55,000 bases of DNA from Basidiobolus meristosporus CBS 931.73 (Eukaryota; Fungi; Basidiobolomycota): positions 1 through 55,000 of the forward strand of contig MCFE01000593.1 in the NCBI GenBank assembly GCA_002104905.1, in the 5' to 3' direction. Numbering within the stretch: position 1 is the first letter of the stretch; each line of letters begins with the position of its first letter. Of the stretch, positions 52,926-55,000 are shown one piece after another. The notes under the pieces were generated by a model, which saw only the letters and a program-made list of their open reading frames with translations, was not told the origin of the DNA and did not search any database. A program made the translations under genes and the position numbers.

Positions 52926-53677
52926 GCTTAGAAAAAGGGACTCCGGGCGGCCCAAGAGTCGGCAGGCTTCTTATATGCCACCATGAGAAAGGATAGAAAG
53001 AACATGTTGTACTGATTTTCCTAACTAGGAAATGATACGGGGATTTTTTTAAGGAAGTGGCATCTGGGAATACTCATCTAGAATGATCAGTGAATTCTGG
53101 TGGGCGCCCTATTCGTTGGCTTCGATAGAAACCACCGCACCCTTACAATGATGCTGCTGGTCTTTTTAAGCTCATATTGCTTCCAAATCCTTGTCGATTG
53201 AACAAATATGCACACAACCTCAATATACATGACGATTGGACTAATACGCACCCAGCACCCGTCCATCTAGCTGGCCTCAATCCCACTATATCCATTGATT
53301 TCCTCTGCCTGCATTGGCCCGCTTTATTGGCCTGTTTGCTGAATCGGATTGGATTGCCAGGAGATTTATTCAGGTTCCGACAAGGTCGACTAGGAAGCTT
53401 AAACCCTATGCATAGTCTGATTACTGTCGTAACATCCTCTGCCCCATGATTGGGACTCCTTATAATTAGATTTGATTGAAATTCCCTCTATGGACCATAC
53501 AAGAGTCAGGTCATACCATTGTTTTTCCTATTCAATATTGTACCACTGCCTAGTTAAGCAGTTTGTGTATCAGAAGTGCAGAACAAGCTGTTTGCCTCCA
53601 TTACGCCGCTATATCTATGGTGAAAGCACTCCGTCAAGCCTGACCAAGTTCACCTTTACCCTTGAAACGTACCCACC

Positions 53678-53815
53678 GGAGGCCTCTTTCTTTTCTTTTC
53701 TCTTCTCTTCTTTTCCTTGGGAGGCCTCTTTCTTTTCTTTTCTCTTCTCTTCTTTTCCTTGGGAGGCCTCTTTCTTTTCTTTTCCTTAGGAGGCCTCTTA
53801 CTTTTCTTTCCCTGA
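53678..53815. repeat. Pyrimidine-rich tandem repeat, two 42-bp units plus two shortened units, each starting GGAGGCCTCT
   Basis: Units start at 53678, 53720, 53762 and 53789. Confidence 0.9.
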
Positions 53816-54183
53816 GCAGTGTTAGATGGAAGAGGTACAGCAGCTTCTTAAAAGGGCAGAGGCCTGTCAGGGAGATGGCGTTTTTGGAGTAGGTCCCGCG
53901 TTTCCTCTTTTGGTTACCCCTTTACTGATATCTCTGTCCTCCCTGTAGGACGCATATTTCATGTACTTGAATGTTCTGGAGGTGGCCACAAAGCAGCTGC
54001 GTTCCGTTGTGTTTGATAGAGAAGGTAAGGGGCGTTTCGGTTGTTGGCGACCCTGGTATTTTGGGATGGCCGCTTATTTCCATACGCCTAGTTGTCATAA
54101 AGAAGCCGCGCCAGATCAACCTCCTGTTTGCCTCGTGCCAGAGGTCGCTCTCTGAGGCACAGACAATCGTTCAGACACATTCG

Positions 54184-55000
54184 ATGAACATAGAAACGCA
54201 AAGTTTGGCCGACCAGAGCACCCACCAGCCTGAACAAGCCGTTCCCAACGAGGTGGAGTTCCGATACCAAACAAGCGCCCCCAGAAAACGAATGGTCGCA
54301 ACGAAGCCTTTGAAAAGACTTGCCATTGTTCATGACCACTTCCAACCAATCGCAGGGGGAAGCCATGGTATGGTTCGAATCAATCCACCCCGTCCTGATG
54401 CCAGTCACTAACGCTCACTCTCACCAATTCAAAGATTGGAGTTTCGAGGATTCGGAGCCATCCACGTCCCCAGAGAATGAGATGTTCAACGGGATATCAC
54501 CACCGACTTCCCCTCACTTGAACACATTCTCCCCGCCAGACTCGCCCAACTACCATTCCCACCAGTCGACCACGCTGTCCATACCAAATACCATGATCCT
54601 CCCGCAGCAAACGTACATCCATATCGTCCCAGAGGGGAGCGTGGATCCATTAAATCTCGTGCCGGCACAGATGGGCGACGATGAGGTTTCGAAAGGCCAA
54701 TACGTCCCGGTGATCCCCAAATCCCCCTTGCTTATCAGCTACCACACGCTGAGCGAGAAGCTGGAGGCCGTCAACAGTGAGATGGTGCTTTTGCACAATG
54801 TGTGTCGAAAGAACTCTGTACATACGCCAAGGTCTGCCCGGAAGGAAGATCCGGCGGTGATTGAAAAGGCCCAGAGCCTCAACCTGACCATCACCGAAAC
54901 CCAGTCGACGTTGGGCAAGATCAACAACCTGGTGCAGCTTGCTGCTGCGTCCACCCACATCACCGCCTTCTCGCCCCGGCTAGTTGCCTACCAGCTGACC
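54184..55000 (+). CDS. 5' part of a probable Ras-GEF (CDC25-homology) protein; exon 1 54184-54367, intron 54368-54434, exon 2 open to the window end
   Basis: GTATGG donor, CACTAAC branch site and AAG acceptor keep the frame. S/P-rich N-terminus, a helical segment, then ITAFSPRLVAYQLT, which resembles the '..f.P..iA.QLT' start of the RasGEF domain. The domain itself lies beyond the window. Confidence 0.6.

Overview
Eukaryotic (fungal-type) genomic DNA in two sharply different domains. From 1 to ~48.3 kb it is a CpG-depleted pile of nested, mostly decayed transposons. These are: (i) several diverged CACTA/EnSpm-like DNA transposon copies; (ii) two Ty1/copia families: A (~350-bp LTR, one near-intact copy at 14610-19294, a three-deep self-nested stack at 30408-47627 and one fragment) and B (~368-bp LTR); (iii) three Ty3/gypsy families: C (~1.07-kb LTR), E, and F (a young gag-only deletion derivative); and (iv) a ~700-bp foldback hairpin element. 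From ~48.3 to 55 kb it is a CpG-rich, compact, intron-containing gene island with a NIPA/DUF803-type Mg transporter, an Msy1/Msy2-like MscS mechanosensitive channel and the 5' part of a probable RasGEF. Short introns, gene content and repeat load suggest an early-diverging fungus with an inflated genome, possibly Entomophthorales (inference only). The strongest unusual signal is that all three solo LTRs of Ty3 family C sit in a 4-bp CCGG target-site duplication, in three unrelated hosts, and uninterrupted homologues in this same window confirm the pre-insertion CCGG for two of them. All alignments and mismatch counts were done by eye.
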